From assembly GCA_044226515.1 (NCBI GenBank), contig JBGAGX010000003.1, forward strand, positions 136,721 through 200,720: 64,000 nucleotides of DNA, given 5' to 3'. The position numbers and the translations under genes were made by a program. Positions 19,596 through 28,934 of this stretch are shown here, one piece after another (positions within the stretch are counted from its first letter, which is position 1; each line of letters starts with the position of its first letter). The notes under the pieces were generated by a model, which made no database searches, was not told the DNA's origin, and saw nothing but the letters and a program-made list of their open reading frames with translations. This stretch comes from Flavobacteriales bacterium (GTDB lineage: Bacteria > Bacteroidota > Bacteroidia > Flavobacteriales_F > PHOS-HE28).

Positions 19596-20273
19596 ATGCG
19601 CCGCATCGCCGCTCCACTTCTCGCCTTCGGTCTCCTCGCGCTGGGCTGCACGGGCCCGTCCAACCCAACCACCGACCGGCCTGCACAGGGTTCGGGCTCC
19701 AGCGGGTCAGGGGCGACGGCCGCCGCGCCCGATTGGCACGCCACGGACAGCCTCTTCGCCGTGATGGGCGGCGTGCAGGGGCGCGTGGTGGCCGACCTTT
19801 TCGCAGGGGATGGGTATTACACCCTGAAACTGCTGGAGGCGGGCGCCAAGGTCGTGGCCATCGACACCGACCCGGCCGCCCTTCAGGCCTTGGAGGCGAA
19901 GGCGAAGGAGAAGGGGTACGGGCCTGACAAGCTGATCGTGCGCACCACCACCGAAGGCAACCCCGGCCTGTTGGTGGGCGAAGTGGACCGGGCCTTGTGC
20001 ACCAAGCCCTTCCTGACCATCCAGGACCGCGTCCCGTTCTTCTCCGCAGTGAAGGCCGGATTGGCCCCGAAAGGCCAGCTGATCATCGTGGATTTCCTCC
20101 AGGAGCAGACCCCCATGGGGCCGCCCATGGACCTGCGCGTGCCTTTGGAACAGGTGATGGACGAACTGGAACCCTGCGGCTTCACCGACATCGGCGGTTA
20201 CTCCAAGAAACTCCCCTACCGCTTCATCATCCAGGCCATGGAATTCGACCCGGGGCCGATGGACGGGCAGTGA
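19596..20273 (+). CDS. Lipoprotein with class I SAM-dependent methyltransferase fold
   Basis: Lipobox-like LALGC; motif I VVADLFAGDGYY; VVAIDTD. Confidence 0.7.
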   Translation: MRRIAAPLLAFGLLALGCTGPSNPTTDRPAQGSGSSGSGATAAAPDWHATDSLFAVMGGVQGRVVADLFAGDGYYTLKLLEAGAKVVAIDTDPAALQALEAKAKEKGYGPDKLIVRTTTEGNPGLLVGEVDRALCTKPFLTIQDRVPFFSAVKAGLAPKGQLIIVDFLQEQTPMGPPMDLRVPLEQVMDELEPCGFTDIGGYSKKLPYRFIIQAMEFDPGPMDGQ

Positions 20274-20696
20274 TCAGGCCTGTATGGCCTGGGCGTTCCG
20301 CTTTTCAAGCTCCTGCGGCGTGGGGGCCACACCGCGATAGCCGAAGAACAGGTTGGCCCAGACGATCTTGCTGAGGGCATAGAGCAGGGGGCCCATCACC
20401 AGCAGGCCTATCGTGATCGTGAGGAATTGCGCCAGGATGGAGGCTGCAGGCCAGAGCACGGCGATGGCCACGTACAAGGTGACGCTCCAAGCCACGGCCA
20501 ACGCGTAGGCCGCGTACATGGCCCCGTAGAAGAACCCCGGCTCGATGCTGTACCGCCGGTGGCACACGTTGCACTCCTTGTGCAGGTCACCCGCATGCTT
20601 CAGGTCGTATGGATGCGACACGAAGAACTCACCTTCGTGGCAGTACGGGCACCTGAAGTTGAGGATGCTGTACAGGCGGGTATGCTTCCATTCCAT
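20274..20696 (-). CDS. DUF983 family membrane protein
   Basis: CPYCHEG...CNVC...EPGFFYGAMY followed by two TM helices. Confidence 0.8.
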   Translation of the reverse strand: MEWKHTRLYSILNFRCPYCHEGEFFVSHPYDLKHAGDLHKECNVCHRRYSIEPGFFYGAMYAAYALAVAWSVTLYVAIAVLWPAASILAQFLTITIGLLVMGPLLYALSKIVWANLFFGYRGVAPTPQELEKRNAQAIQA

Positions 20697-20755
20697 GACG
20701 CAAAGGTGGAACAGGGATGAAGCGGCCTACGTGACCGCCGTCACGTGAACGGAAA

Positions 20756-20777
20756 AGGGGCCCCGAAAGGCCCCTCT
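20756..20777 (-). terminator. Terminator after OmpA gene
   Basis: AGGGGCC-ccgaaa-GGCCCCT stem, with a T-run on the minus strand. Confidence 0.6.
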
Positions 20778-20796
20778 CCATGATGTTGAAACACGC

Positions 20797-22164
20797 TTAC
20801 TCCATGTAGTTCACCTTGAACTCCACCCGGCGGTTCTTCGCACGGCCGGCGGCCGTGTTGTTGTCCGCAACAGGCACGGTCTCCCCGAAGCCCTGCGAGC
20901 TGATCCGGTTGCCGGCGATACCCTTGTCCTCCAGGTACTTCTCCACGGCGGCCGCACGCTCCTGCGAGAGCTTCAGGTTCGCCGCATCATCGCCCTGGCT
21001 ATCGGTGTGGCCGTTCACCTCCAGGTTGTAGCTGGGGTTCTCGTTCATCACGGTGACCACCTGGTCGAGGATGGGGAAGCTCACCTTCTTGATCGTGCTC
21101 TTTCCCGTTTCGAACTGAATGCCGGTGAGCGCGCGTTCGAAGAGCTTCTTCGTCTTCTCGCTCACCTCCGGACACCCGCGCATGCTGGCCACCCCCGGCA
21201 CCTTGGGGCACTTGTCCAGGTTGTCGGTGATCCCGTCCCCATCGCTGTCTGGGCACCCTTGCTTGTCGGCGGGTCCGGCCAGTTGGGGGCAGGCGTCCAT
21301 CTTGTCCGTCACACCATCGCCGTCGGCGTCCGGGCAGCCGCCCAGGTTGGCAAGCCCCTTGTCCTGCGGGCACTTGTCCTCCTTGTCGATCACACCGTCA
21401 CCATCGGTATCGGGCTCCGGATGGATGGTGAGGCTCACCCCGTCCACGTAGTAGTAGGCATATTGATTGTCAGCCCCTTCGATGGCCTTGGTGTGTTCCA
21501 TGCCGGCCGCCGGAAAAGCGCCGATCACGATGACACGCTCGGTGCCATCGGCCACGAACGAACCCTTGACCTCGATCCAGTTCTGCTTGTCGTTCACCAC
21601 GCCCTTCGATACCACCTGGGCCTTCTCATCAATGAAGTGGCGGTGCAGGTAATGCAAGGGTGCGGGAGAGCAGTACGCACCGATGCCCGAGACGGCCCGG
21701 TCGCTTCCCGAGGAGAGGCGCACCTTGATGACGATGTCATACTCCTGCCCGGCCGTGAGCGCGGCGCTCAGCTCATGCTGCATGTACTCACTGTAGCTCT
21801 GCGACGAGGGCTGTAGAGGATCCTCGCGACCATCAAGAACGCGGCCCCAGTTCGGTCGAAGGTCCTCCTTGAAGGCCATGAACCCCGCGAAATACTTGCC
21901 TTCGGCGGCGGCGGCGTTCGTTCCCACCCCATTGGCAGGGATCCCCACGGTGTTGGCGCAGGCCGCGTCGGTGAAAATGTCGCACGAACCGGCGTTCGCG
22001 TTGCTCCAGCCCGTGGCCCGCTCCAGCTGGTCCCAGGTGGTGACGGTCCTGGAGTGGTCCTCGAACCCCGGATTGGTCACCAGGTTCGGACCGGCGGTCT
22101 GCGCCGACAGCCCCAGCCCGCTCAGCAGGCCCATGGCGATCGGCAAGGTGTGAAAGTGCTTCAT
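20797..22164 (-). CDS. OmpA family protein with N-terminal CBM-like domain and thrombospondin type 3 repeats
   Basis: Signal peptide; DTDGDGVIDKEDKCP / DADGDGVTDKMDACP / DSDGDGITDNLDKCP repeats; GHTDSQG...LSQERA, NRRVEF. Confidence 0.9.
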   Translation of the reverse strand: MKHFHTLPIAMGLLSGLGLSAQTAGPNLVTNPGFEDHSRTVTTWDQLERATGWSNANAGSCDIFTDAACANTVGIPANGVGTNAAAAEGKYFAGFMAFKEDLRPNWGRVLDGREDPLQPSSQSYSEYMQHELSAALTAGQEYDIVIKVRLSSGSDRAVSGIGAYCSPAPLHYLHRHFIDEKAQVVSKGVVNDKQNWIEVKGSFVADGTERVIVIGAFPAAGMEHTKAIEGADNQYAYYYVDGVSLTIHPEPDTDGDGVIDKEDKCPQDKGLANLGGCPDADGDGVTDKMDACPQLAGPADKQGCPDSDGDGITDNLDKCPKVPGVASMRGCPEVSEKTKKLFERALTGIQFETGKSTIKKVSFPILDQVVTVMNENPSYNLEVNGHTDSQGDDAANLKLSQERAAAVEKYLEDKGIAGNRISSQGFGETVPVADNNTAAGRAKNRRVEFKVNYME

Positions 22165-22299
22165 GGTAGGTTGGTTGGTAAGGATCACGGCTCGGATGGC
22201 TCACATCCGGACCTAAAGAAAACGATCCGTCCCCTATCCTACCCCAGAACGAGCAAGAACAGATACCGATGCCCTGGCGATCCACGCAGGCACCGTGGT

Positions 22300-23037
22300 T
22301 CACTCTTCGGGTGGAGCGACCTTGAGGGCGATGTTGTCGACGTAGTAATAGGCGTACTGGTTGTCGTAGCCTTCCACCATCTTCTTCGAGTCCCACCCCA
22401 CGTAAGGATACACCCCCACGATGAAGTAGCGCTCACCCCCATCAGCGACGAAGGTGCCTTGGATCCGCACCCACTTCCCCCGCTCGGCCAGGATGTCCTC
22501 GGTGGCCACCTGGGCCTTCTCCTCCAGGAAGCGCCTGTGTTCGTAGCGGAGCGGCACCGGAGAGCAATAGGCACCGATGCTGGAAACGGCGCGGTCGCTG
22601 TTCGCGGCCAGCATCACATCCATGCTGATGCGGTAGGTGCGATCGGCCTTGAGCGGCTCGCTCAGTTCGATCATCATGTACTCCGAGTAGGCGCTCCATC
22701 CCTTCGTGAAGGGGTCTTCGGCACCGCCGTCCCAATTGCGACGCATGTCGTCCTTCCAGGCGAAGAACCCGGCGCACCGCTGTCCGTGGGTCGGCTTCAC
22801 CGTGCCGTACTCGTTCACCGGCAGCCCCACCGTCTTCACCGTGGCCGTGCTATCGAACACCTCGGACAGCCCGATCGTCACGTTCTTCCACCCCTCGGCG
22901 AGGGAGAGCTGATCGAACGTGTACGGTGTCTTGGTGACCTGCTCGAAGCTGCCGTTCCGGACGTAGTTCCATGTGGTGTCCTGGGCGAAGGCCGGGGCTG
23001 CGAGCGCGAGAAGGATGGCGAAAGGGATGGATCGCAT
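22300..23037 (-). CDS. Secreted stand-alone paralogue of the OmpA N-terminal domain
   Basis: Shares N.V.N.SFE, YSEYM..ELS, SDRAVS.IGAY and NQYAYYYVD blocks with the neighbouring OmpA protein. Confidence 0.75.
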   Translation of the reverse strand: MRSIPFAILLALAAPAFAQDTTWNYVRNGSFEQVTKTPYTFDQLSLAEGWKNVTIGLSEVFDSTATVKTVGLPVNEYGTVKPTHGQRCAGFFAWKDDMRRNWDGGAEDPFTKGWSAYSEYMMIELSEPLKADRTYRISMDVMLAANSDRAVSSIGAYCSPVPLRYEHRRFLEEKAQVATEDILAERGKWVRIQGTFVADGGERYFIVGVYPYVGWDSKKMVEGYDNQYAYYYVDNIALKVAPPEE

Positions 23038-23116
23038 GGGCTTGACTATGGCGCGCAAGGTACCACGCGCTGGTGGTTCGGTGCCGCCCGCGGGACAAGC
23101 CCCGTGCCACACGCGC

Positions 23117-23782
23117 TCAGCGCTTCAACTTCGACGCGAAGGCCTTGCGGAACTTGTCCATCTTGGGTCGGATCACGTACTGGCAATACCCCTGCTCGGG
23201 GTTCTCCGCGTAGTAGTTCTGGTGATAGTCCTCCGCCGGATAGAAGGTCGGCAACGGCGAGATCTCCGTTACGATCGGGGCTTGGAAGGCCCCGCTGCGA
23301 TCGAGCTCGGCCTTGTAGTGCTCGGCCTTGGCCCGCTGTTCCTCGTTGTGGTAGAAGATCACCGAGCGGTACTGCGTGCCCACATCGGCGCCTTGCCTGT
23401 TCAGGGTGGTGGGATCGTGCGTCTGCCAGAACACCTCCAGCAGCTCATCGAAGGTGACCACCTTGGGGTCGAACACGATGCGCGCCACCTCGGCATGCCC
23501 TGTGGTACCGGTGCAGACGAGCTTGTAGGAGGGATCCGCCACGTGACCACCGGCATAGCCCGAGGTCACGGAGACAACGCCTTTCATCTCACTGAACACC
23601 GCCTCCACGCACCAGAAGCAACCGGCGCCGAAGGTGGCGGTGTCAAGGGCGGAGACTTCCTGAGGGGGCGATCCTGTGGACATGGTAACGGGGGTTTCGG
23701 ACGGGGTGCTGCCCGTGCAGGCCTGCAGGGCCGAGGCCAGGAACAGGACCAGCGGGGTCGTGTGCGATCGGGGGATGAACAT
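23117..23782 (-). CDS. msrA: Peptide methionine sulfoxide reductase A with lipoprotein-like signal
   Basis: GAGCFWC active site, [22 protein letters not shown]; N-terminal ALQAC. Confidence 0.92.
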   Translation of the reverse strand: MFIPRSHTTPLVLFLASALQACTGSTPSETPVTMSTGSPPQEVSALDTATFGAGCFWCVEAVFSEMKGVVSVTSGYAGGHVADPSYKLVCTGTTGHAEVARIVFDPKVVTFDELLEVFWQTHDPTTLNRQGADVGTQYRSVIFYHNEEQRAKAEHYKAELDRSGAFQAPIVTEISPLPTFYPAEDYHQNYYAENPEQGYCQYVIRPKMDKFRKAFASKLKR

Positions 23783-23857
23783 GTAGTTCCACAACGCACG
23801 GGTCGTCGGTTCGTTCGAGGGCCTGTGTTGTAATTTGTTAAGGCCAGGACCAACAGC

Positions 23858-23884
23858 AAGGCCCCGGAACCATTCCGGGGCCTT
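23858..23884 (-). terminator. Hairpin downstream of tRNA-Gly
   Basis: AAGGCCCCGGAA-CCA-TTCCGGGGCCTT, a perfect 12-bp stem. Confidence 0.65.
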
Positions 23885-23886
23885 TG

Positions 23887-23959
23887 AGCGGGAAACGGGA
23901 CTCGAACCCGCGACCCTCAGCTTGGGAAGCTGATGCTCTACCAACTGAGCTACTCCCGC
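23887..23959 (-). tRNA. tRNA-Gly(CCC)
   Basis: GCGGGAGTAGCTCAGTTGGTAGAGC...TCAGC-TTCCCAA-GCTGA...GGTTCGAGTCCC; CCA not encoded. Confidence 0.95.
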
Positions 23960-24096
23960 TTTTCAAGGGGCGAATGTAATCCGGAGCGATCGATCGACGG
24001 GGATCCCCCCGGTAGCGGCTTAACCTAACTTTGACCGTCGCTTAACCACCACCACTTCAACCCCGAATTGCTTTGCAGCCGAAGATCGAGGAAATC

Positions 24097-24783
24097 ATGG
24101 CCGGCGGTGCTGTACAGAAGGTGTTGCTCGTGGATGACGAACCGGACATCCTAGAGCTGCTCCGGTATAACCTGGAGCGCGAAGGGCTGAAGGTGCTGGT
24201 GGCGAGCAACGGCAAGGATGCGGTGAAGATGGCGAAGGCCGAGCGCCCCGATCTCATCGTGCTGGACATCATGATGCCGGGCATGGACGGTGTGGAGGTG
24301 TGCACCACCTTGCGCAACCTGCCCGAGTTCAAGCACACGCTCATCACGTTCCTGACCGCGCGGGGCGAGGACTACAGCCAGATCGCGGGCTTTGATGCCG
24401 GTGCCGATGACTACATCACCAAGCCGGTGCGTCCCAAGGTGTTCGTAAGCAAGGTGAAGGCCCTGTTGAAGCGTTCCACCGGCGAACGGGTCGAAGGCCA
24501 GGTGCTCGAGGCGAACGGCATCAAGGTGGACCTGGAACGGGTATTGGTCTACAAGGGCAAGGAAGAGCTTCAGCTTCCCAAGAAGGAGTTCGAACTGCTC
24601 GTCCTCCTCATGAGCAAGCCCGGCAAGGTGTTCAAGCGCGACGAGATCTATTCGCACATCTGGGGCAGCGACCTTTTCGTGGGCGAGCGCACCATCGATG
24701 TGCATATCCGCAAGCTGCGCGAGAAGATCGGCGAGGACCGTATCCGCACCGTGAAAGGCATCGGCTACAAGTTCGACGCCTAG
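24097..24783 (+). CDS. OmpR/PhoB-family response regulator (PhoP-like)
   Basis: VLLVDDE, PDLIVLDIMMP, ADDYITKP, winged helix ERTIDVHIRKLREK...TVKGIGY. Confidence 0.9.
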   Translation: MAGGAVQKVLLVDDEPDILELLRYNLEREGLKVLVASNGKDAVKMAKAERPDLIVLDIMMPGMDGVEVCTTLRNLPEFKHTLITFLTARGEDYSQIAGFDAGADDYITKPVRPKVFVSKVKALLKRSTGERVEGQVLEANGIKVDLERVLVYKGKEELQLPKKEFELLVLLMSKPGKVFKRDEIYSHIWGSDLFVGERTIDVHIRKLREKIGEDRIRTVKGIGYKFDA

Positions 24784-24845
24784 GTCGCCCGCTCGAACAA
24801 CTCTTCTATATTTGCGGCCCTTGCAGCGATGCAAGGCCCACCGTT

Positions 24846-24923
<78 letters not shown>

Positions 24924-24927
24924 GACC

Positions 24928-24960
24928 AAGCCCTGGTGACGAAGTCACCGGGGCTTTTTC
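24928..24960 (+). terminator. Terminator after tRNA-Pro
   Basis: AAGCCCTGGTGAC-GAA-GTCACCGGGCTT followed by TTT. Confidence 0.75.
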
Positions 24961-25078
24961 ATGCCCGACCGAGCCAAGCGGAGCTTGAGCGAGGGTGGGC
25001 GTGAAAAAGCTCGACGATGCGCAGCAGCGTCCAGGGCTCTGGTATGAGGCCTCCCAAAAACGGAAGGACCGACCGCAG

Positions 25079-25109
25079 GGAGGTCGATCCTCTCACCCCG
25101 ACCGGACCA
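25079..25109 (+). repeat. Degenerate copy of the tRNA-Pro 3' end
   Basis: ATCCTCTCACCCCGACC is identical at 24906-24922 and 25087-25103. Confidence 0.8.
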
Positions 25110-25264
25110 TGTCGGACCATGCCCGACCAAGCCCTCCCGCCCCTACCCGTACCGTTCCTTCACCCGGACACCACCGTTCGTCAGCTGGTTCCCACCGTCC
25201 GTCCGATCCGCCCCAGGCACAGGCATCCATTGGAGGCGGCACCGCGTCTATCCTCTGGAACGCC

Positions 25265-25456
25265 ATGTCACGCGCCTACAAAATAGCCTTGATCCTCAAG
25301 AGCCGGAACAGCCTGCCGGTGTACAAGGACCTGAGCAAGTTGAGCGACCGTGAGCTGGACGAGCAGGTGAACGCCATCGTACGGCGTATGCGGGTGAACG
25401 AGTCGAACGTGATCGCCCGGATGGTCCTGCGTCAGCCCACGTTCAGCATGAACTGA
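25265..25456 (+). CDS. Small hypothetical protein (63 aa)
   Basis: ATG-started ORF with plausible codon usage in an intergenic gap. Confidence 0.45.
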   Translation: MSRAYKIALILKSRNSLPVYKDLSKLSDRELDEQVNAIVRRMRVNESNVIARMVLRQPTFSMN

Positions 25457-25563
25457 GCAGCGACCTTTCCGACGGCATCCACCGCCTCTTGTTGGTGACA
25501 CCCGAACGACCTGGCACCGTCTTCGGGCGAGGCGGATATATTTGCCGCATCATCCGAACGACC

Positions 25564-25689
25564 ATGGCTGAGCATCATCACGAAGGGCACTTTCCCGAGG
25601 AAGCGGAACAGAACGAGATCGGCGGTCCTGTCGTCCTGGCCCTGATGTGCTTTGCGGCGGTCATCCTGCTGATCTGGGCGGGCTGCTGA
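25564..25689 (+). CDS. Small membrane protein (41 aa) with His/Glu-rich N-terminus
   Basis: MAEHHHEGHFPEE plus a single TM; exact TATATTTG box at 25537-25544. Confidence 0.55.
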   Translation: MAEHHHEGHFPEEAEQNEIGGPVVLALMCFAAVILLIWAGC

Positions 25690-25695
25690 GCCGTC

Positions 25696-26100
25696 TCAGT
25701 CGCTCTTCACATCCCCGGACCTTTCCAGGTATTCGTCACGCCGCACGAGCGTGAACCAGTTCTCATTGAGCTCGAGGTAGCCGTGTTCGAAACAGAACAC
25801 GTAGGTATTACCGGCCTTGGTGCGATACGTGTTGGTGTGGTACAGGAAGTTGTATCCCCGCTCCACCAGCTTGTCCCGGTGCACCTTCTTGGTCCCCTCA
25901 GGACCGTCGTTCAGTTCGCTCAGTACGCGCCGGTTCCGCTTCAGGATGTTCACCACGTTGCGCACATAGTTGATGGGCGCATTGTTCGCGTGATAATGGT
26001 AGATGTTGCGGCAGGCGTCCGAACAGAATTTCTTGTCGGTTCGCCCTTTGATCGGCTCCCCGCATTCAAGGCAGAGCTTCTCGGCGACGGCTACAGGCAT
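25696..26100 (-). CDS. Zn-ribbon domain protein (DUF2116-like)
   Basis: CLECGEPIKGRTDKKFCSDACRN; YCFEYGY-like FCFEHGYL. Confidence 0.75.
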   Translation of the reverse strand: MPVAVAEKLCLECGEPIKGRTDKKFCSDACRNIYHYHANNAPINYVRNVVNILKRNRRVLSELNDGPEGTKKVHRDKLVERGYNFLYHTNTYRTKAGNTYVFCFEHGYLELNENWFTLVRRDEYLERSGDVKSD

Positions 26101-26217
26101 GGGTGCGGTCGGAATGAGCTTTCACGCCCAAGGTAGGGAAAGACCTTTTTCTGTTGCACCCGGGCGGTCCCGTACCGAACTTGGAACATCACGGCCTGAC
26201 GGCTTGTTCGACGATCG

Positions 26218-27306
26218 ATGCCTCCCTTGCTCTCCTTCACCCCGCACGGCATCTGGTGCGCGCAGGCCGATGTGTACATCGACCCCTGGCGTCCGGTGGA
26301 CCGCGCCATCATCACCCATGCGCACAGCGACCACGCCCGACGCGGCAGCCGAAGCTACTTGGCATCCCCCGTGACCAAGGCCCTGATGCACGCGCGGCTG
26401 GGGGATGACCTGCGCATCGATACCCTGCAGCCTGGGCAGAGCGGAACCATCAACGGGGTGAAGTTCTCGCTCCATCCGGCCGGCCACATCCCTGGCAGCA
26501 TGCAAGTGCGCGTGGAACACCAAGGCGAAGTGTGGGTGGCCACTGGCGACCACAAGCGTCACGCTGATGGCATCAGCGACGCCTTCGAGCCGGTTCGCTG
26601 CCACACGCTCATCACCGAATGCACTTTCGGGCTGCCCATCTACCGCTGGAAGGAGCCGAAGGAGGTGTTCGCCGAGATCAACGGGTGGTGGCGGGGCAAT
26701 GCGGATAAGGGGGTGTGCTCGGTGATCAGCGCATACAGCTTGGGCAAGGCCCAGCGCGTGATGACCGGCGTGGACCGGAGCATCGGCCCCATCCTGGTGC
26801 ACGGCGCCGTGGCCAACATGAACTCGGTGCTGCTGGACTGCGGGCTGGAGCTGCCGCCGTGGGAGCACATCACGAAGGACACACCAAAGGAGCGCTTCCG
26901 CAACGCGCTCGTGATCACGCCGGGCTCGGCCTTGGACACTCCGTGGACCAACCGCATGAAGCCCTTCAGCACGGCCATGGCGAGCGGCTGGATGCAACTG
27001 CGCGGCTGGCGACGGCGCAGCAGCATCGAACGCGGCTTCGTGCTGAGCGACCACGCCGACTGGGACGCGCTGCTGCTGGCCGTGAAGGAGAGCGGCGCCG
27101 AACGCGTGATCGCCACCCACGGGTACACGGACCTGTTCAGCCAGTACCTGCGGAGCGTCGGGTACGACGCGACCGCGGAATCGACCGAGTTCGCAGGTGA
27201 AGGAGGTTCCGAACAGGTCGCCGACGTACCCGATGGCACCCGTAGCGTCGACCCGGTCATCCCGGCCTTGAGCCGGGAGGGTCGACCCGAAACGCCAACG
27301 CCATGA
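26218..27306 (+). CDS. Ligase-associated DNA damage response exonuclease (metallo-beta-lactamase/beta-CASP)
   Basis: YIDPWRPV, ITHAHSDHA, AGHIPGS, ITECTFGLP, SDHADW. Confidence 0.92.
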   Translation: MPPLLSFTPHGIWCAQADVYIDPWRPVDRAIITHAHSDHARRGSRSYLASPVTKALMHARLGDDLRIDTLQPGQSGTINGVKFSLHPAGHIPGSMQVRVEHQGEVWVATGDHKRHADGISDAFEPVRCHTLITECTFGLPIYRWKEPKEVFAEINGWWRGNADKGVCSVISAYSLGKAQRVMTGVDRSIGPILVHGAVANMNSVLLDCGLELPPWEHITKDTPKERFRNALVITPGSALDTPWTNRMKPFSTAMASGWMQLRGWRRRSSIERGFVLSDHADWDALLLAVKESGAERVIATHGYTDLFSQYLRSVGYDATAESTEFAGEGGSEQVADVPDGTRSVDPVIPALSREGRPETPTP

Positions 27307-28913
27307 ACCGGGAGGCCGCGTTGTTCGATGCACTGGATTCCACCACGGCCACCAGCGCCAAGGTGGAGGCGCTTGCCTCGTATTTCCGCGAAGCGGACGA
27401 TGCCGACAAGCTATGGGTGATCGCGCTGCTCAGCGGGCGACGACCGAAACGCCCGGTGACCAGCACCAAGCTGCGCCAATGGGCCGCGCAGGTCAGCGGC
27501 ATCCCCGACTGGCTCTTCGAGGCCAGCTACCACGTGGTGGGCGACTTCGCCGAGACCGTGACGCACATCGCGAAGCTCGAAGGGCCCGTGATGAAGAGCC
27601 TGACGGATTGGGTGCGGTACGTGGAGGCACTGAAGGACCTGCCCGAGGAGGAGAAGGCCGTCCGCGTGAAAGCTGCGTGGGCCGGGATGGAAGGCATGGA
27701 GCTCTTCGTGTTCAACAAGATCATCACCGGCGGCTTCCGCATCGGGGTGAGCCAGAAGGTGATGGTGAAGGGTCTGAGCAAGGCCACCGGCGTTGACGAG
27801 GACACCCTTGCGCACCGGCTAATGGGCGACTGGAGCCCGCACAGCACCACCTTCCACGACCTGGTGCTCGGTGCCAACGAAGGCGACGACCACAGCCGAC
27901 CCTATCCCTTCTACCTGGCCTACGGCATCGAGGGACCCGAGGGGATGGCCGCCGGGGCCGGGCTGGAGGACCTGCTGCCCCTGGGCGACCCGCGCGAATG
28001 GCAGGCCGAGCACAAGTGGGACGGGATACGTGGGCAGCTGATCGTGCGCGGCGGAAAGCCTTACGTGTGGAGCCGCGGCGAGGAATTGGTGACGGACAAG
28101 TACCCGGAGCTCGAGGCGTTGGGCAGGGCCCTGCCATCCGGCACCGTGCTCGATGGCGAGATCCTTGCGTGGAAGGACCGTGCGCCCCTCCCCTTCGCCG
28201 AGCTGCAGAAGCGCATCGGGCGCAAGAGCGTGGGGAAGAAGCTGCTGGCCGATGTGCCCGTGGTCTTCATGGCCTACGACCTGATGGAGCATGCGGGCGA
28301 GGACATCCGCCAGCGGCCGCTCAGCGAACGGCGTGCGCTGCTGGAGGAGATCGTCTCCACGGCCGCACATCCGGTGCTCACCCTCTCGCCCACCCTGTCC
28401 TTCACTTCGTGGGAGGAGGTCGTGGCCCATCGTGAACAGGCCCGCACAGCGAGCATCGAGGGACTGATGTTGAAGCGGCTCACCAGTGCGTATGAGGTGG
28501 GCCGTCGCCGCGGTGATTGGTGGAAGTGGAAGGTGGATCCGCTGAGCATCGACGCGGTGCTCACCTTCAGCATGCAGGGCCACGGCCGCCGCGCCGACCT
28601 CTACACCGACCACACCTTCGGGCTGTGGCATGAAGGACAGCTGGTCACCTTTGCCAAGGCCTACAGTGGCCTCACCGATGCGGAGATGCTGGAGGTGGAC
28701 GCCTTCGTGAAGAAGAACACGGTGGAGCGCTTCGGTCCGGTTCGACAAGTCGTTCCCGAACTGGTGTTCGAGGTCGCGTTCGAGGGCATCAGCGCCAGCA
28801 CGCGGCATAAGAGCGGCGTGGCGGTGCGTTTTCCGCGCATCGCGCGGTGGCGCAGGGACAAGAAGGCCGAGGAGGCGAACACGCTCGACGACCTGAAAGC
28901 GATGATCAGATGA
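27303..28913 (+). CDS. ATP-dependent DNA ligase
   Basis: Adenylation motif EHKWDGIRGQ, LDGE, EGLMLK, WWKWK, FPRIARWR.DK. Confidence 0.95.
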   Translation: MNREAALFDALDSTTATSAKVEALASYFREADDADKLWVIALLSGRRPKRPVTSTKLRQWAAQVSGIPDWLFEASYHVVGDFAETVTHIAKLEGPVMKSLTDWVRYVEALKDLPEEEKAVRVKAAWAGMEGMELFVFNKIITGGFRIGVSQKVMVKGLSKATGVDEDTLAHRLMGDWSPHSTTFHDLVLGANEGDDHSRPYPFYLAYGIEGPEGMAAGAGLEDLLPLGDPREWQAEHKWDGIRGQLIVRGGKPYVWSRGEELVTDKYPELEALGRALPSGTVLDGEILAWKDRAPLPFAELQKRIGRKSVGKKLLADVPVVFMAYDLMEHAGEDIRQRPLSERRALLEEIVSTAAHPVLTLSPTLSFTSWEEVVAHREQARTASIEGLMLKRLTSAYEVGRRRGDWWKWKVDPLSIDAVLTFSMQGHGRRADLYTDHTFGLWHEGQLVTFAKAYSGLTDAEMLEVDAFVKKNTVERFGPVRQVVPELVFEVAFEGISASTRHKSGVAVRFPRIARWRRDKKAEEANTLDDLKAMIR

Positions 28914-28934
28914 TCAGACGATCAGACGATCAGA
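28903..28934 (+). repeat. Tandem 8-mer (YGATCAGA) x4 at the ligase/helicase junction
   Basis: TGATCAGA TGATCAGA CGATCAGA CGATCAGA read directly. Confidence 0.9.

Noticed and set aside
23783-23944. N-terminal extension of the msrA ORF in the track
   Set aside because: It reads through tRNA-Gly and its hairpin; ATG 23782 gives a sensible signal peptide.
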